NCBI GenBank assembly: GCA_016787525.1
Contig: JAEUUP010000027.1
Coordinates: 3,058-67,057 of the forward strand
DNA: 64,000 nt
Reading direction: 5' to 3'
DNA from: Saprospiraceae bacterium
Lineage (GTDB): Bacteria; Bacteroidota; Bacteroidia; Chitinophagales; Saprospiraceae
Below are positions 60,504 through 64,000 of this stretch, one piece after another (the first letter of the stretch is position 1; each line of letters starts with the position of its first letter). Below the pieces are notes generated by a model that was given only the letters and a program-made list of their open reading frames with translations, was not told the DNA's origin and did not search any database. The position numbers were made by a program, and so were the translations under genes.

Positions 60504-63500
60504 CTAAAACTTAAGAAATTTCGTCGGCACATTCAGCCCTTTGCCTGCATCAGTTTGAATAAAATAGATGCCTTGTGGTAAGTCAAACAGGTCGAAGTTC
60601 AAGTGATTTGAGCCTTTTTGAAGGACTCTTGTTGCCGATTGCAGCTCTTTTCCGTTGATGTTATAAAAACCAAACTGCACTGTTTGGTCTATCAAACTCT
60701 CCAATTCGACCACAACCTCCCCCTCAGTAACGGTTGGATGGATGGATTGAATGACGACAGGCACGAGTTGCGTAGGCTTTTGGCGTATCGAGGCTTGCAA
60801 CGGTGCGGCTGAGTTGATGGACAGCGTGGCGATGTTGTTCGAAAGATTGGCATCGGTGGGCGTAGAACTCAATAGCTTTGCCGTTGCCATAATTGGCGAA
60901 GTCGGATTCAGCACGTATAAAGGCACTTGCAAGGTAGCTGTTGCGTCAACGGCTAAATTTGGAATCGCCCATTGAAAACATTGAACGCTGCCTGCACACC
61001 ATTCTCGCCATATCCCTACTGAGGCGACTGCTGCACCGCCATTTGTTGTGCCTATTGGGAATTTAAACTCGACTATAACATTCGTAAAGGCTTGATTGCC
61101 TGTGTTTTTAGCTGTGATGATGACATTCAAAGGGCTAAATTTGGTAAAGACGGAAGGGTTGACGGTCATACTCATTGCCATATCTGCACTGCTTTCATTA
61201 CTGATGACTGAAAATTGGGTTGCTGACACTAAAATATTATTGTTTTCATTGCTTTCCACTACTTGATTGTCGGCATCCACTTTCAAAATCAAATAATAAC
61301 GACCTATTGCTAAAGTCGCAGGGAGGGTCGAAGCACCATTAACTTGTGATACAGAAAACCCAGAATTGAAATTACCAGTTGGGATAATACCATCTTGTAC
61401 GTCATCAGCACTCAATACACTGTCAGTTGACACATAGGCTTTAACAGCAAAGTTGCCAGGAGCGTTGGCAGTGCCGATGTTTTTAATATCTACCTTCCAA
61501 TTCAAAATCTGACCCCGTTGTACTGAGGGGGTCGGTAGAGTCAAAGTCGCAAGAGTCAAATCGGGTTGTGGCATAGGAGTATTGCCACAATCGGGATTCC
61601 AAGCCCATAAAATACCATTTCTTGAACCTAAAACCAGACATGTGGTGTCGCCTGTACGCACAATATGGTCGTATGGCACGAACAGAATGTTCTTGACGTG
61701 CGTGGGTACAGTAAGCGCATTGTCCAAAAAACGGACTTCTAACCTTGTGAAATTATTGTAACCGACACGCGGGTCGCCTGCGAAATTGGCACTCAGGCGG
61801 TAAGCTGTGTCACGCAACGACGGACGATAGTAGTAACTGTATGTCCGATATTGCCCGTAGTAGTCCGTACTACCCTGCCCTACTTCGCGCAGAGTCAATG
61901 GAATAAGGCTGTCTGTGTTGAAAAGAGTGGTCAGAGTACCTGAAAAACTGCCTTTTTGTCCGTAACGACTGCCATTAATGGAAAAAATTAAGTGGTTGCC
62001 GCAAGCAGCTACAATCATTGGCGTTTGTGGTGCACCAATACCTAAATTGCTTGCTTTGAGGCGTTGTAGGTTGTTGTTTGTTTTCTGATATTTCACTAAA
62101 TTGTGGTTGCTCACCGTCAATAAGCCCACAACACCATAGCCATAGCTCAACAAAAACTGATTATTGGGCAGTAAAAACAGTTGATAGCAGGTGTCAAAGG
62201 GCACATTGTAAGGGCCTTGGTTGCGTGCTTCGACGGTGTGGTCGAGGTAGTTGAGTTGGGCATCGGTGGTGACTAAAACCAAAGAGTCTCGGTTGTTAGG
62301 CGGATAGGTTGGGTCGTAAAATTTTTGAAAACCTGCTAAAACAAATGTGCCATCGCCCATTTCGAGGGCGGCATCAATCTTTGGTAGGCGGCTCAATACT
62401 GAGGGGGCGATGTTTTTGGTGTAAGCAAGTGTGCCATTGACTAATTTTTTGATAACTTGATTGTTTCTAACCAAAATACTGTCTTTTTGAGCCGTGCCGA
62501 GCGTCGAACTGCTGATGGGTTGACCGTTTTTATCTACCTGTTTTTGAATCAGATTGTTGCCATCACTCACAATCAAGGTCGTCGAACCGTCTGTGTTGGG
62601 CGAATAGCACAACAATTGGGTGTTGCCTAAGCTGTTGCTGCACGTCGGAATCGTCGGCAGGGTGACGTTGATGGCAATCGAGCCGTTATTATTCGCCGTG
62701 TTGGTCTCGTTACTGAGGGGGGCGACTCGGATGATGAAATAGGGATTCGTGTGAGTCCATGTGGGCGGGATTTCGATTTGATGATTTTTCAAAACACTCT
62801 CATTTGTCGCCAACGAAGCAGTATAATCGGAACTCACCAGTATATCGTCGCTTGAATATTGATTGTCTGAAGACAAATAAACATAACTGAAAATAGCCGA
62901 TGCCGTCGCCACATTGCTCGCATTACGAATATAATAACCCAAATTATGTCCAACACCTACTTCAAAGACGCTGGCAGCCGATATGTTTTCCAATACCAAG
63001 TCTGGTGCAGCCGTTTGCCCCCCCTCAGTAATTTGGACGGTGTAGTCTTCCACTTCGCCTCGGTCAAACGTTTCGCAGGCTGTCGGATATGCGTTGTATT
63101 TCATCGCGATACGCATTCGTGTATTGCCCAAAGCGGCTGTCGCAGGCACTGTAAAAGCATTTTCGTTGTCAAAAAACAGTTGGTTTTGATAGACTACTTG
63201 GCGATTGATGACTTGCTCGTCGGCATCCGCAAAGTCACCGTCCTTGTTGAAATCAATCCACACACGCCAAAACAGAGACGCGTGCCGAGGGTCGCCCATC
63301 CAGCTTGCTTGAGGTTCGATTGTCACCAAATTGCCATTGTTGCGGAGCATGGGCGCAGGTGCGAGGTTGGTGAAGTTTCCGTATCCTTCTTTTTGTGTGG
63401 CGGGAAACGAGGTGCTGCCCAAAGCATTAGACACATGCACACGTCCCAACCACGCCTCCCACGGGGCTGTGGCTTTTGCGGTGCAATACGTTTGTGCCTG

Positions 63501-63569
63501 AGAAAAAGTACCCACCAATAGGAAAATACTGAGGGGTATGTGTTTCCACGAAATCAGTGCTTTTTTCAT
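60504..63569 (-). CDS. Large secreted GEVED-domain protein with T9SS C-terminal sorting domain (paralog of 56513..59089)
   Basis: Signal peptide MKKALISWKHIPLSIFLLVGTFSQAQ. CETFDRGEVEDYTVQI motif. The C-terminal ~80 aa (…GIYFIQTD…KFLKF) resembles Por_Secre_tail. The N-terminal domain (…WRVWIDFN…) is shared with the other gene. Confidence 0.55.
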   Translation of the reverse strand: MKKALISWKHIPLSIFLLVGTFSQAQTYCTAKATAPWEAWLGRVHVSNALGSTSFPATQKEGYGNFTNLAPAPMLRNNGNLVTIEPQASWMGDPRHASLFWRVWIDFNKDGDFADADEQVINRQVVYQNQLFFDNENAFTVPATAALGNTRMRIAMKYNAYPTACETFDRGEVEDYTVQITEGGQTAAPDLVLENISAASVFEVGVGHNLGYYIRNASNVATASAIFSYVYLSSDNQYSSDDILVSSDYTASLATNESVLKNHQIEIPPTWTHTNPYFIIRVAPLSNETNTANNNGSIAINVTLPTIPTCSNSLGNTQLLCYSPNTDGSTTLIVSDGNNLIQKQVDKNGQPISSSTLGTAQKDSILVRNNQVIKKLVNGTLAYTKNIAPSVLSRLPKIDAALEMGDGTFVLAGFQKFYDPTYPPNNRDSLVLVTTDAQLNYLDHTVEARNQGPYNVPFDTCYQLFLLPNNQFLLSYGYGVVGLLTVSNHNLVKYQKTNNNLQRLKASNLGIGAPQTPMIVAACGNHLIFSINGSRYGQKGSFSGTLTTLFNTDSLIPLTLREVGQGSTDYYGQYRTYSYYYRPSLRDTAYRLSANFAGDPRVGYNNFTRLEVRFLDNALTVPTHVKNILFVPYDHIVRTGDTTCLVLGSRNGILWAWNPDCGNTPMPQPDLTLATLTLPTPSVQRGQILNWKVDIKNIGTANAPGNFAVKAYVSTDSVLSADDVQDGIIPTGNFNSGFSVSQVNGASTLPATLAIGRYYLILKVDADNQVVESNENNNILVSATQFSVISNESSADMAMSMTVNPSVFTKFSPLNVIITAKNTGNQAFTNVIVEFKFPIGTTNGGAAVASVGIWREWCAGSVQCFQWAIPNLAVDATATLQVPLYVLNPTSPIMATAKLLSSTPTDANLSNNIATLSINSAAPLQASIRQKPTQLVPVVIQSIHPTVTEGEVVVELESLIDQTVQFGFYNINGKELQSATRVLQKGSNHLNFDLFDLPQGIYFIQTDAGKGLNVPTKFLKF

Positions 63570-64000
63570 CTTGTTTGCTTTTAAAAAGTCAGATAATGCT
63601 TGTTTAATTGCGCTGCATACAGAGAAATACCTAAGCCATAGCTTCACGCCTACTGTCTGCACTGCCTCTCTTTGACCTTCAAACATACAAATTCCTGACC
63701 AATCCGTCAATGATTGTCGTCAGCTTTAAAAGAAACTAAGATGGTGTGGGAAGTGTCGAAATGTGTGTTCATTTGTCCTTCTTGTCAGTCCTTTTGAAGG
63801 ACTGACAAGACCTCTTAAAGGACTTAGAAGACCTCTTATAAGGTCTTAGAAGACCTTTCAAAGGGGAATGTTCAAAAAAGTGTGTCAAGGAGTAAAAATA
63901 TTAAAAAATAAAATTTCCCACATTTTACAGACGTTAGCCAACAATGTTTTAGTGGCTGGGTCTGCCTTATCCACATTTCAATGCTTTGACAAATTTTAAA

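Noticed and set aside
851-63539. Interpreting the abundant TACTGAGGGG motif as a Chi-like recombination hotspot or FtsK KOPS
   Set aside because: Both are strongly strand-biased relative to replication direction. Here the two orientations alternate freely within a single 64-kb stretch at about 40 versus 40, so I favour an orientation-independent role such as uptake signal or protein binding site. A genome-wide skew test is still needed.
851-63539. Motif as sequencing adapter or assembly artefact, or as a planted watermark
   Set aside because: About 80 copies sit inside long intact ORFs in several frames, with locally adapted amino acids such as TEGG in GuaB. Random insertion or substitution would have introduced frameshifts or TGA stops, so the motif is native sequence.

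Overview
This 64-kb window looks like a Bacteroidota chromosomal segment of roughly 40-42% GC. The phylum call rests on several proteins ending in Por/T9SS C-terminal sorting domains, an Rpn/YhgA-type PD-(D/E)XK 'transposase', GEVED-domain proteins and a Bacteroidetes-style tmRNA. Housekeeping content includes part of the dcw cluster (mraZ-rsmH-ftsL-ftsI-murE, minus strand), tRNA-Leu(TAA), tRNA-Gly(GCC), folA, guaB, a TonB-dependent receptor, an ECF sigma factor, a formimidoyltransferase-cyclodeaminase, a flotillin, tmRNA, a histidine kinase, an AlkB-like dioxygenase, alaS, a 3-hydroxyacyl-CoA dehydrogenase, folD, prmA, ppk1 and several large secreted or T9SS cargo proteins.

The dominant unexplained signal is a hyper-abundant oriented 10-12-mer, TACTGAGGGG(G) (reverse complement CCCC(C)TCAGTAW). 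I count about 75-85 exact or near-exact copies, about one per 0.8 kb, against an expectation of about 0.1 for a random 10-mer. Copies are split evenly between strands. They sit inside genes in several reading frames, and they also occur as inverted pairs that form terminator-like hairpins just after genes. That pattern matches DNA uptake signal sequences (Neisseria DUS, Pasteurellaceae USS), which to my knowledge have not been described in Bacteroidota.

Other accessory features:
- a 23-copy 20-bp palindromic-hexamer tandem array, TTGCAAGTTGCAACGCACTT, open in all six frames, lying upstream of a minimal-nucleotidyltransferase (MNT) operon;
- an 18-copy 21-bp heptad tandem repeat between folD and prmA;
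- a roughly 300-bp nested-palindrome MITE-like element with degenerate relatives, one of them inserted between murE and ftsI.
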